Source: an uncultured Woeseiaceae bacterium (GTDB lineage Bacteria > Pseudomonadota > Gammaproteobacteria > Steroidobacterales > Woeseiaceae). Taken from it: 64,000 nt of DNA. The first letter of the stretch is position 1. Each line of letters starts with the position of its first letter. The stretch lies in assembly GCA_964606915.1 (NCBI GenBank), contig CAZSIQ010000005.1:8472-72471 (forward strand). The letters are read 5' to 3'. The notes under the pieces are model-generated. The model did no database searches and was not told where the DNA came from. It was given only the letters and a program-made list of their open reading frames with translations. The position numbers and the translations under genes are program-made. This document shows positions 9,236 through 19,400 of the stretch, piece after piece.

Positions 9236-11152
9236 TCAACCCGCCCTTTTCTCATCAACGTGACCCAGGCCCAGGGCTCCCAGTGCAGCATGAATTTCAT
9301 CCAGCACGGAGGGGTCTTCAACCGTTGCCGGCATCGTGTAGTCCTCACCGTCGGCGATAGCCCGCATGGTCTTTCGAAGAATCTTGCCGGAACGCGTTTT
9401 GGGGAGTCGCGCAACAATCGCAGTCTTCTTGTAAGCAGCGACGGGACCTATCGATTCCCTCACCATGCTGACCAGGTCAGAGCAGATCGCATCGGGATCG
9501 CGATCGACGCCCGCTGACAGCACCGCGAAACCGATCGGTATCTGGCCCTTGGTAGCGTCTGCTACACCGATGACCGCACACTCGGCAACATCGGGATGAG
9601 ACGCCAGGACCTCTTCCATCGCACCGGTCGACAGCCGATGGCCGGCGGTGTTGATGATGTCATCGGTACGGCTCATGACCCAGACGTAGCCGTCCTCGTC
9701 GATGTAGCCGGCGTCCGAGGTTGCGTAGTAGCCGGGAAACTTCGCGAGGTAGGCGCTGCGAAACCCGTCCTCGTTTTTCCACAGCGTTGCGAGGCATCCC
9801 GGCGGCATCGGCAGTTTCACACAGAGCTCACCGATCTGCCCGGCCTCGACCGGCTTACCGTCGTTGTCCAGGCACTGCACGTTGAATCCGGGTACCGCGC
9901 GTGCGGGCGAGCCCCGCTTGACCGGCAGCGGTTCGATGCCCAGGCAGTTGGCGGCGATGGCCCACCCTGTTTCCGTCTGCCACCAGTGATCGATGACCGG
10001 CACACCGAGTTTTTGCTCGGCCCATTCGATGCTGGGCGGGTCGGCACGCTCACCGGCGAGGAATAGCGTGCGCAGGTTCGAGATATCGTGCTTGCCGACA
10101 AAGTCACCGGCCGGGTCCTCGCGCTTGATCGCACGCAGCGCTGTCGGCGCCGTAAACAGCACATCCACGTTGTGCTCATCGATCACGCGCCAGAACGCGC
10201 CGGGATCCGGCGTACCGATCGGCTTACCCTCAAAGAGAACGGTCGTACACCCGCTGATCAACGGCGCATAGACAATGTAGGAGTGACCCACGACCCAGCC
10301 TATGTCCGATGCTGCCCAGAAAGTCTCGCCGGGTTTCATGCCGTAGACGTTGGCGAGGCTCCAGTGCATGGCCACCGCGTGCCCACCGTTGTCGCGTACG
10401 ACCCCCTTTGGAATGCCCGTTGTGCCCGACGTGTAGAGTATGTAGAGCGGGTCCGTCGCCGCGACGTCCACGCAGTCGGCGGGTTGTGCGTCCTGCATCA
10501 GCGCTGTCCAGTCATGGTCACTCGCATCGTCCAGCTCGCAGCGGTGTTGCTCGCGCTGCAGGACCACACAACTGTCGTACTGGTGAGAAGCGATCTCGGC
10601 AGCGGCGGACAGCAGCGGTTTGTATTCAACGATACGCCCTGGCTCAATGCCGCAGGACGCCGTCAGGACGACCTTGGGCTTGGCGTCATCGATGCGTGTC
10701 GCGAGCTCTTTCGCCGCGAAGCCGCCGAACACCACCGAATGCACGGCACCCAGCCGCGCGCAGGCAAGCATCGCGAACACCGCCTCCGGCACCATCGGCA
10801 TGTAGATGATGACCCGGTCGCCTTTGCTGACGCCGAGGCCACTGAGCATGCCCGCCGTTCGCGACACTACGTCTTTTAGCTCGGCGTAAGTGAACGTGCG
10901 CTGTTGCCCGGTAATCGGGCTGTCGTAAACGAGAGCGCGCTGGTCCGCGCGCCCGCTGTCGACGTGGCGATCAACCGCGTTGTAGCAGGTATTCAGTGTC
11001 GCGCCGGGAAACCAGCGATATCCATCGTCGGCGTTTCCTCCGACGATCGCATCCCACGGAGAAGTCCAGTCGATAGCCTTCGCGGCGTCGGTCCAGAAAG
11101 CATCCGGGTTCTCGTTCGCGGCGCGCCAGGTCTGTTCGTGATTCTGTGTCAT
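9236..11152 (-). CDS. prpE: propionate--CoA ligase (acyl-CoA synthetase, PrpE type)
   Basis: ORF to 11185; ATG at 11152 (MTQNHEQTW). Motifs YTSGTTGIPKG, SDIGWVVGHSYIVYAPL, VFGGFAAKELATRIDDAKP, LPKTRSGKILR closely follow E. coli PrpE as I remember it. Confidence 0.8.
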   Translation of the reverse strand: MTQNHEQTWRAANENPDAFWTDAAKAIDWTSPWDAIVGGNADDGYRWFPGATLNTCYNAVDRHVDSGRADQRALVYDSPITGQQRTFTYAELKDVVSRTAGMLSGLGVSKGDRVIIYMPMVPEAVFAMLACARLGAVHSVVFGGFAAKELATRIDDAKPKVVLTASCGIEPGRIVEYKPLLSAAAEIASHQYDSCVVLQREQHRCELDDASDHDWTALMQDAQPADCVDVAATDPLYILYTSGTTGIPKGVVRDNGGHAVAMHWSLANVYGMKPGETFWAASDIGWVVGHSYIVYAPLISGCTTVLFEGKPIGTPDPGAFWRVIDEHNVDVLFTAPTALRAIKREDPAGDFVGKHDISNLRTLFLAGERADPPSIEWAEQKLGVPVIDHWWQTETGWAIAANCLGIEPLPVKRGSPARAVPGFNVQCLDNDGKPVEAGQIGELCVKLPMPPGCLATLWKNEDGFRSAYLAKFPGYYATSDAGYIDEDGYVWVMSRTDDIINTAGHRLSTGAMEEVLASHPDVAECAVIGVADATKGQIPIGFAVLSAGVDRDPDAICSDLVSMVRESIGPVAAYKKTAIVARLPKTRSGKILRKTMRAIADGEDYTMPATVEDPSVLDEIHAALGALGLGHVDEKRAG

Positions 11153-11447
11153 GGCAATTCTTCGTGCGATCGGGAGCAAACACACGGAAACGCCGATCGG
11201 CAGCGCCCTCGACGATTCCCCCTATGGAAACTGGCTCTATAAAACTAGACGCGTCACCTTGAGCTGGCAATCAGACCTTAGTCGTAGCGCGGTACGCCTG
11301 GACGATGAGCTTAAGAGCCGGCGCCTGTGCGCCATGTCACAGTAATCCCGACAGTTGCAGACGACACGCCAACGATTCAGGTCGCGTTCAGTCTCACGGC
11401 CGTCTAGTGGTCGGACACGCGCAGCAACCGACAGGGAGGTCAGCGCC

Positions 11448-11909
11448 ATGACGGGACGACTCATACTCATGATCCTCGCACTCGGACTATCGATGTCTGC
11501 CGAGGCGAGCAGCAAGCAGCGCATCCTCGAGCAGCAGCATCACTGCCTGGCCCTCGCTATCTACTGGGAGGCGCGCGGAGAACCGGAGAAAGGCAAGTAC
11601 GCCGTTGGCTGGACCATTCTCAACCGCGAACGCAGCCCGGAATTTCCGTCAACGGTCTGCGGCGTTGTCTTCGAAGGTGGCGAAACGCCGCCCTGCCAGT
11701 TCTCCTGGTGGTGCGACGGTAAAAGCGATCGACCCCGTGACCGGGACAGCTGGATTCGCTCACAGGTCCTTGCGGCTCGCCTGTTGACCAACCCGCCGCC
11801 GGACCCGACGCGAGGCGCACTGTTTTTCCACAGCACGTCGATCGCCGTGCCCTGGACCCGGCCACGGACGCGCACCGCGCGTATCGGCAATCACATCTTT
11901 TACCGCTGA
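11448..11909 (+). CDS. cell-wall hydrolase, SleB-like
   Basis: ATG at 11448 gives signal peptide MTGRLILMILALGLSMSAEA. CLALAIYWEARGE...VCGVVFE...QFSWWCDG is the SleB/Hydrolase_2 pattern. Confidence 0.75.
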   Translation: MTGRLILMILALGLSMSAEASSKQRILEQQHHCLALAIYWEARGEPEKGKYAVGWTILNRERSPEFPSTVCGVVFEGGETPPCQFSWWCDGKSDRPRDRDSWIRSQVLAARLLTNPPPDPTRGALFFHSTSIAVPWTRPRTRTARIGNHIFYR

Positions 11910-11943
11910 GCCTTTAGCTGCGGAGCACCGGTGGAATCAGCGC

Positions 11944-12849
11944 TTATCCGGTCTGTGCGTGGCGATGAACAAAAGCCTCAGTCGGCCAGTCGCCCTTGCT
12001 CACACCGGCCTCGTACAGACTGTCCAGGAATGACAGTATCGCCTTCGACGGATCGTCGGCCCTGCGTGCGTCTTCGTATTTCAGGATGGCGAGTGCGCCG
12101 CCGTTCTTCTCTGCCCAGAACGCATCGGCAGGCTCGAGGGGTGCCTCGTTCAAGCCGGCCGGTTCGGGATAGGCGTATCCATAAAACGCCGCTTCGGGAA
12201 AGCTGTCGTCGCCCGGCCAGAAGCCAACAGAAATGACTTCGTGGGAGTAGGCCTCAATATCGGACTGCCGGCCTTCCGTCAGTGCATGTTCGCGACCGGA
12301 AAATCGCGTCACAACGAGGTCAAACGAGTGCCAATACAGTTGCACGGGAGTCTGCTTGCCCACAAAACCGGTCCGGTAACGTTCGAATACGCTGGAGATC
12401 GTACACAGCGCACGCCAGAACGCCGTAACGGCCGCCTCATCGTAAGCACGTTTCGCCGTGTCTTCGGCAAACGGGATGGTCGACTTGTTGTCGTACGGAA
12501 CGGCATGGATTTCGACCGCGATATCAAGCTCCGCGAGCCGGTCGAACAGCGCCTTGTAAAACTCGGCAACGCTTAAGCCCGACGCCTTGAACGACAGTTG
12601 TCGCCCGTCATTCGTACTCACGAAGACAGTGTGATCCAGCATATCGAAGAAGATCTCGAAACCGCCGTCGGCAAACGGGATACGACCTGTCGTAAGACCC
12701 CTGACATGCGGGTAAAGCGTGACATGCCACCAGTGATTCAGCTTCGGATGCGTCTTCATACGCACTTTGCCGATGATTTGCAGAAAGAGATGCAGCGTGT
12801 CCTTCGTATCAGACCAGTCGGTGTAGACCAGGGGGGGCAGCTTGCTCAT
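11944..12849 (-). CDS. DUF5996-like protein, function unknown
   Basis: ORF 11944..13212 overlaps the upstream gene. The internal ATG at 12849 (MSKLPPLVYTDW) removes an Arg/Pro-rich extension. Family call is from memory of the N-terminal pattern. Confidence 0.5.
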   Translation of the reverse strand: MSKLPPLVYTDWSDTKDTLHLFLQIIGKVRMKTHPKLNHWWHVTLYPHVRGLTTGRIPFADGGFEIFFDMLDHTVFVSTNDGRQLSFKASGLSVAEFYKALFDRLAELDIAVEIHAVPYDNKSTIPFAEDTAKRAYDEAAVTAFWRALCTISSVFERYRTGFVGKQTPVQLYWHSFDLVVTRFSGREHALTEGRQSDIEAYSHEVISVGFWPGDDSFPEAAFYGYAYPEPAGLNEAPLEPADAFWAEKNGGALAILKYEDARRADDPSKAILSFLDSLYEAGVSKGDWPTEAFVHRHAQTG

Positions 12850-12911
12850 GGAGTTTGACTCTCCTCTAGGTGTGTTCGGATGCCGAACGTGACGGGCAGT
12901 GGATGTCCAGA

Positions 12912-13913
12912 CTAGGCGTTGAGACGCTTCGCCAGGTTCGCGATGAGAATATCCCGGTCTTCCGGTGACAAATGGCCGATGACGTCTCGCAGGCCGTCCG
13001 GCAGATGCGCGCCCGGATGGCCGCGGCCCTGGAAAACAAAACAGTCGAAAATTTCCCGCCATGCCTCTCGCTGGGCGTCGGGCAGGCCTGACATGATCGC
13101 CATGCTGTGAATCAGGCTCAGCATCGGGTCGTGACGCGCCGTCGGCGTGTCGTTCCACCAGTAGTTGACGAGAATATTCAGCGGGCCGAGTGAATCGACG
13201 CCATGCCACCACAGTATCGGGATAAATACGGCGTCGCCCGGTTCCAGCGTTGCCTCCTGCGCCGTCTCCAGTGCGTCAGCAAATCGTGGAAACCGGTCAA
13301 GGTCCGGGTCGCGAAGATTGACGGTGCTGATCGGCGGTCCGCCCGGCGTGTTCAGCAACGGACCAATGTAGAGGTTGCCAACCTGGCCTGGCGGAAACAC
13401 CGTGAAGTGGCGGCGGCCGCTGACTACGCCAGCAATGTTGTGGTTCACGTCAAAGTGCGCCGCGATCATTGTCTTGTTATTGATCCAGATCCGCGGTTCG
13501 ATGCTGCTATCAAGCAGCGGCATCGCGTTGTCACGAAGGAACGGCGGCATGACCTGCGGAACCTCGATTGCCTGCAGGGCGATCCCCGGCGCACTGGCGT
13601 CATCGACCAGGGACGCGAGCGTGTCCAGTGCAACACTGATCGACACCTCTTGGGAATTGAAATTAAAGCCGGTGAAATCATCGTTGTAAAAGAAGCGTCC
13701 CTCGATCTCGGGCGGACCAACATAGGCGTTTACGGAACCGCCGGTATCCAGTCCCTTGAAGTAGTCAACGGCACTCGCCGATGACTCACCGCCAGCCTGC
13801 ACAGCGGGCCAGTCACTGAGCAGGCCTCTCAGGACAGCGGGGCGGTTCGCGGGAAGAATCTCGTTTTCGAAAACGTCACGAGTCACGTCCTGCCATTCTT
13901 CTATCTTCTGCAA
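12912..13913 (-). CDS. cupin-like / JmjC-fold putative Fe(II)/2OG oxygenase
   Basis: 333 aa with a TTG start. HxD...H arrangement (AAHFDVNHN ... FIPILWWHGV), a cupin_8-like pattern. Confidence 0.7.
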   Translation of the reverse strand: MQKIEEWQDVTRDVFENEILPANRPAVLRGLLSDWPAVQAGGESSASAVDYFKGLDTGGSVNAYVGPPEIEGRFFYNDDFTGFNFNSQEVSISVALDTLASLVDDASAPGIALQAIEVPQVMPPFLRDNAMPLLDSSIEPRIWINNKTMIAAHFDVNHNIAGVVSGRRHFTVFPPGQVGNLYIGPLLNTPGGPPISTVNLRDPDLDRFPRFADALETAQEATLEPGDAVFIPILWWHGVDSLGPLNILVNYWWNDTPTARHDPMLSLIHSMAIMSGLPDAQREAWREIFDCFVFQGRGHPGAHLPDGLRDVIGHLSPEDRDILIANLAKRLNA

Positions 13914-14062
13914 TGGAATCCCTGTTGCCTGCGGCTTTTTGGTGCTACCCGGACAGTCTACCGTCCCCGGTTGCGGTATCGAAGTTGCCTTGCGCGTTGC
14001 GACCTACAACGCGAAAGACAATTGCGGCATTATGCGTCGAACGCCGCAAAGAACCGTGCATT

Positions 14063-14794
14063 TTGGCTAAACCACAGCTTATTCAAATTAACCCGAACGC
14101 CGAGGTTCGCCTGCATGAAATCGAGGACGGGCGTTATTGCGCGATCGTCGACGATGTCCTCGAAGACCCGGACACACTCGTAAGCTACGCGGTTGACCGA
14201 GCCGACGAGTTCACGTGGCTGAAAGGACCTCCCGGGCCCAGGCTGGTTCTGCCCGACGAAGCGCTCACCGACCTGCATCGGCTCGTCAAGTCCAGACTCA
14301 GCCGTCACTTCCCGATTTTCCGGTCCGGCATAGAGCTCCGCGCCTGCCTGTCCAATGTCACGATGGCGCCCGAGGAGCTTGGCGAACTGCAGCGCATGTG
14401 CCACATCGACAGACGGATGAGCCTGGACACGCACACCTACGCGGGGCTCATCTACCTGTTCCGAAATGAAGACCTTGGCGGCACGGCATTCTATCGATGG
14501 AAGAACCCGGACGTGATCAAGGAAGCGGAGAGACTGTTCGCATCGGACCCGGCCGCGTCCATGAAGTACCTCGAAGACGCCTCGGAGGTATTTCGGGGCA
14601 CACCTCGCTATATGACGGAATCGAACGACCTGGCCGAGCTGCTGACGGTGGTACCGCCCCGCTACAACCGCCTGGTCTTCTACAACGGCGAAGCCCCGCA
14701 CAGCGGCCACATCGTCAACCCGCAGTTACTGACCGACGACCTCACGACGGGCCGGCTGACGTTTAACTTCTTCGCGAGTGTGCACCCGCAATAG
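14063..14794 (+). CDS. DUF6445-like putative 2OG-Fe(II)-oxygenase-fold protein
   Basis: ORF 13913..14794. I prefer the in-frame TTG at 14063 (AKPQLIQINPN...), but the start is uncertain. HID...PHSGH facial-triad-like residues. Confidence 0.5.
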   Translation: MAKPQLIQINPNAEVRLHEIEDGRYCAIVDDVLEDPDTLVSYAVDRADEFTWLKGPPGPRLVLPDEALTDLHRLVKSRLSRHFPIFRSGIELRACLSNVTMAPEELGELQRMCHIDRRMSLDTHTYAGLIYLFRNEDLGGTAFYRWKNPDVIKEAERLFASDPAASMKYLEDASEVFRGTPRYMTESNDLAELLTVVPPRYNRLVFYNGEAPHSGHIVNPQLLTDDLTTGRLTFNFFASVHPQ

Positions 14795-14799
14795 GCGGA

Positions 14800-16305
14800 T
14801 CAGGCGGCCTGCTGCGCCGGACAGTACTTCTGCAGGAACTCCAGGTGGCTCGGCATGTGGTACACGATGTACTTGATGGACTTCTCCATCTCCGCCACTT
14901 CCTTGTACAAGGCGTCCTGGTTCAGGGCGTCGACCAACGGACTATAGGTCCGCGGCTGGATACCCTGCCCCAGCATGACAGCGGCCCAGCTCGTTGCCGT
15001 AAACAGCTCGTCTTCCTCCCTGAAGAACTGACCGTTGAGGCGGAACAGTTCGATCTTCTCCGTCAGGGTGTCCGGCACGTCCATCGTGCGACAGTAGTTC
15101 CAGAACTCGCTGTCGTCTCTTGCCGTCGCGTTGTAATGCAGGATCAGGAAATCGCGGATGCGCTGGAATTCCTTCAGCGCCAGTCGGTTGAATATCTTCT
15201 CCTGGTCCGGCTGGATGCCTTCCAGCGAGAAGATCAGCATCAGCTTGTTGATAGCTGAGTGAATCAGGTGAATCGATGTTGACTCCAGCGGCTCCATGAA
15301 ACCGGAGGCGAGACCGATGGAGACGACATTCTTGTTCCAGAACTTCTTGCGATGACCGGTCACGAACTTGAGCAGTCTCGGTTCGACCGTCGGCTTGCCG
15401 TCCAGGTTGTTCATCAGGATGTCGCGCGCTTCATCCTCGGACATGAAGTTCGAACAGAATACATGGCCGTTGCCGAGGCGATGCTGTAGCGGCACCCGCC
15501 ACTGCCAGCCGGCGGCGTGAGCTGTCGAGCGGGTGTACGGCAATGGCTCACCCGGCTGCTCTGACTGAACGGCCCAGGCGCGATCGCACGGCAGCCAGTG
15601 AGTCCAGTCCTCGTAGCCGGTCTTTAGGGCCTGCTCGATCAACAGACCGCGGAAACCGGAGCAATCGATGAAGAAGTCGCCCTCGATGACCTGTCCGTCT
15701 TTCAGGGTGACGGACTCGACGAAGCCGGACTCCGGGTTCAACGTCGTTTCCTCGATAAGGCCTTCGATGCGTTTGACGCCGCGAGCCTTGGAAAAGTCGC
15801 GCAGGTACTGCCCGTATTTGACGGCATCGATGTGGTAGGCGTAGTTGACGGGCGGCAGGTCAGCACGCGCGTTCGGGTTAGTAATGGCGAACTTGCCGTA
15901 CTGGGCAGCCATCGTTTCAACGTTGAACGCGTACAGCGGCCGCGGGTCGCCGTTTTTGCGGTATTTGTGCCAGACCTGGTGGAACGCCACGCCCTCGATC
16001 TCGTAACCATAGTTACCGAATGGGTGGAAGTAGCTTTCACCCTGGTTGCCCCAGTTGACGAACTGGATGCCCAGTTTGAACGTGCCACCAACCGCGGCCA
16101 TCATGTCCGCCTCGTTCACGCCAATCAGCTTGTTGAAGCCCTGGAACGGCGGAATCGTCGCCTCGCCGACCCCGACGATGCCGATATCCTTGGACTCAAC
16201 CAGGGTGATGTTCGCGAGGCCCGTGCTGGCGAATTTGCTAAACGCAGCGGCTACCATCCAGCCGGCGGTGCCCCCTCCAACGATGACTATGTTTTTGATA
16301 CTCAA
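14800..16305 (-). CDS. flavin-dependent tryptophan-halogenase-family protein
   Basis: 501 aa with a TTG start. GxGxxG (IVGGGTAGW), Lys motif GGTFKLGI, WxWxIP-like GWQWRVP, GFMEPLESTS. Confidence 0.85.
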   Translation of the reverse strand: MSIKNIVIVGGGTAGWMVAAAFSKFASTGLANITLVESKDIGIVGVGEATIPPFQGFNKLIGVNEADMMAAVGGTFKLGIQFVNWGNQGESYFHPFGNYGYEIEGVAFHQVWHKYRKNGDPRPLYAFNVETMAAQYGKFAITNPNARADLPPVNYAYHIDAVKYGQYLRDFSKARGVKRIEGLIEETTLNPESGFVESVTLKDGQVIEGDFFIDCSGFRGLLIEQALKTGYEDWTHWLPCDRAWAVQSEQPGEPLPYTRSTAHAAGWQWRVPLQHRLGNGHVFCSNFMSEDEARDILMNNLDGKPTVEPRLLKFVTGHRKKFWNKNVVSIGLASGFMEPLESTSIHLIHSAINKLMLIFSLEGIQPDQEKIFNRLALKEFQRIRDFLILHYNATARDDSEFWNYCRTMDVPDTLTEKIELFRLNGQFFREEDELFTATSWAAVMLGQGIQPRTYSPLVDALNQDALYKEVAEMEKSIKYIVYHMPSHLEFLQKYCPAQQAA

Positions 16306-16411
16306 AGCAGTGTCACTGTCCTGTTTACGAGATTAATGGCCGGTCGGCTGTCTTATTCTGCCAAGCCTTCGACGGCTTCGCACGACTCAGCGCTATCGCC
16401 ACAGAAAATAA

Positions 16412-16451
16412 AGCCGGGCTCCCTGACTGGGGAGCCCGGCTTCGTTCCTGG
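16412..16451 (-). terminator. rho-independent terminator after the TonB receptor gene
   Basis: 12-13 bp stem AAGCCGGGCTCC/GGAGCCCGGCTT (16420-16451), followed on the minus strand by TTTATTTTCTG. Confidence 0.8.
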
Positions 16452-16466
16452 GCACGAGGCCCGTTA

Positions 16467-19400
16467 TTAGAAGGAGAATCGCGCCGCGATCGTGAAGCGA
16501 CGGTCATTCCTGAAGGCCGATCGACGAACCTGGGTGCCGTCGAAGTCGATGACCTGAGAGGTCTGAGTGACTTCGTCGAGCAGGTTCACCGCCTGCAGTC
16601 CGATCTTCATGTTCTCCAGTCCCAACACGTTGTTGAAGTTGTAGAACACGGAGCCGTCCAGCTGGCCGGTATCGTTGCCGATAATCGGTGAGAACGGGAA
16701 GATGTCATCCCTCGGCGTAATCAGGAACTCGGATCGCCAGTTGTAAGCGAGGCGAGCGGACCACACGTCGTCCTCGTAGAAGGTGACGAAGTTGATCGTG
16801 TCTTCCGAGATTCCCGGGAAGCCGAGGCCATCGGCAAACGGCTGTCGCTGCACCTCGTTGGTAGCACCCGACAGGTCAGACCCGTCGATGTACGTGTAGG
16901 TCGCCTGCAATCCAAGTGCGTTAAACGGTGAAGGCAGGAAGTCCATCGTCTGCTGGTAGCCGATCTCGAAGCCTTCGAGTGACCCGTCGTTGACGTTGGA
17001 CGGCCCTCGAATCTCGGTCTCTGCAGAGGCACCGGAAGCCGCGGTCAGCGTTCGAACCGTCGCACCGTTGGTAATCAGCGCGTCAAACTCTTTCCAGAAC
17101 AGCGAGAAGGTCAGCGAGCCAACGTCACTGAAGTACCACTCGGCTGACAGGTCGTAGTTCCATGCTTCCACCGGTTCGAGCAGTCGGTTACCGGTCTGCA
17201 GCGCGAACAGCTCGCCGGTCTCCAGCGTGCCTGCATCTCGCAGCGCGTTGGTGTTGTCGAAGATCACACCACCCGTCTTGTAGGCCGCCAGATCCGGTCT
17301 GGAGATGCCCTTGGACGCCGCGGCACGGATGTAGAAGTTCTCTGTCACACCGACCTTGATGTTGAAGCTGGGCAGGACGCTGTCGTACTTGATGTCCGCA
17401 TCGTCGTTGATCAGCTCGCCGGTGAAGGCTGACAGGAATTCTGCCTCACGCGCCGGAGACAGGAAGCAGTAGCCCGGCGGTCCGCCCGGTCCCGGTGTCG
17501 TACACAGGGTGGGATCCGGCGGGTTCTGCGGGAACTGGATCTCGCCATCCGACTCGATCGTCGTCTCCACGTAGCGTACGCCGAAGTTACCGGTGACCGG
17601 GATGCGATCGCCGAAACTGAAGTCCGCCTGGATGTACACCGCCTGGGTCTGTTCACCGACGTCGGAGATTTCACCCGGCAGGAACGGCGAGTCGCCCACG
17701 AGGCCGTCACGACGACCAACCGGTCCCCACGCCTGGCCCCAGTCTGCAAACGGGTTCAGGGCAGCGATGGCATCAGCCTGTACTTCGGTAACACCGGCGA
17801 AGTACTCATTCAGCAGGTTGTCACCGCCGAAGAAGATACCGGCGCCGTTGGGAACGGGTGTCGAGGTCTCACCGCGCTGGAAATCGTCGAACGGGTTACG
17901 CACGTTGGCGTAGTTCGACACGTCGCCATCCTGGCTCGCGTAGGTTGCCGGCGTGAAGCCACTCCACGGCGCGGACAGGACACCCCAGTTCGCGAAATTG
18001 TTGTCGCGGGTGATGCGGGTGCGATCTGACCAGCGTGCGCCAAACTTCACTTCCGAGATCAGGCGATCTTCACCAAGGTAGTACTCAATATCAGCACGGA
18101 ACGTGTCCATCTCGCCTTCGTTCTCGATCTGGCTGTCCAGCAGGAACGAGTAGTAGGTGCGATCCGGGTTGGTGAAGTAGGCCGGGTCGGTGGAACCGTC
18201 GCTCGTTGTTGGTGTGCGGAACTGTACGTCCGGTGTTTCGCCACGCATGTCGAGGAAGATGTCAGAGTACGAGGCCATCGCGCTGATGATGCCGTCCTCT
18301 GAACGCTCCGACTGCACGCGCTGGAACTCCGCGTTGACCGTCAGGTTGTCGGTCGGAATCCAGGAGATGTCCAGCGAGATGTCTTCGGTAACCGAGTCGT
18401 CCTGGCGCTGGAAGCGCAGCAGCTCGGTCGGTACACCGAGCTGAACATTGCAGGGACGATCCAGTCCCGGCGGCGGCAACAGCGAGCCGTCGAGGCAGTT
18501 GTCGATGCCGCGCCATGCGACCTGAGACAGCGTGCCGGTCTCGAACGTGCCGTTCGGGCTGAAGGTCCAGTCCGGGTTGTTTCCGGGGACCGGGAACAGT
18601 GCGTCGTCATTGACCAGCGCCAGGATAGCGTGCTCGTCGACGAACAGTTCTGCTTCGGCGCGCAGGTATTCGGCCGTGACCAGCAGTTCGCCGGTCGGGT
18701 TCTCCCACTGGCCGACGATGGACAGCGCGTTACGGTCGCGCTCATAACCCGTCGTGCGAACACCGGCGCCCTTCGGCACGATCACGGTGTTGTCCGGCGG
18801 GAAGGTTTCCGGTGTGAAGTTCAGGGCGCCTTCGACGCCGCCCGAGGTGACGGGCGAGACGCGAATGCAGCCGGCGTCCAGCGCTGCGTCACGGTAGCAG
18901 GGGTCAGTGACCTGCGATGCGTTGGACTCCGTGTTCAGCTCGGACTGTGCGTAGCCGAGCTGCAGGCCGAAACGACCGCCGTCGGTTTCCCAGCTGTTTG
19001 AGCCGAGGAACGAGACCGTCGGTGAGCCCTCTTCCGCGATGTCGCCGTAATTGTATTCAGTGGATGCCGCGAAGCGCATGCCGTTGGTATCCAGCGGCTT
19101 GCGCGTCTGCAGGTTGACCGTGCCGGCGATGCCGCCGTCGATCATTGAGGCGGTGGCATTCTTGTAGACGAGCACGCCACCGAGCAATTCAGGCGAAACG
19201 TCGTTGAAACTGAGTACCGTGCCGCCCGTCGCCGAGAACACGTCACGTCCGTTCAGCTCGGAACGCACGAACGGCAGGCCACGAATGATGACGTCTGCAC
19301 CCTCGACCGAGAATCGGTCCGGGTCCGACGATTTCTTGAAGCGCCCGATATTGACGCCCGGTACGCGCTGCAGCGCTTCGGCGACAGACCGGTCAGGCAG

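Noticed and set aside
13913-14062. ATG at 13913 as the start of the DUF6445-like gene
   Set aside because: It would add about 50 Pro/Cys/Arg-rich residues that share a nucleotide with the start codon of the divergent cupin gene and leave no promoter space. The TTG at 14063 fits the expected protein length. This is uncertain, so the longer form cannot be fully excluded.
14800-16305. Halogenase gene as the marker of a halogenated natural-product biosynthetic cluster
   Set aside because: No NRPS, PKS, flavin reductase, tryptophan-modifying, resistance or export genes are nearby. The context is a TonB receptor and oxygenase-fold proteins, which points to uptake and modification rather than biosynthesis.
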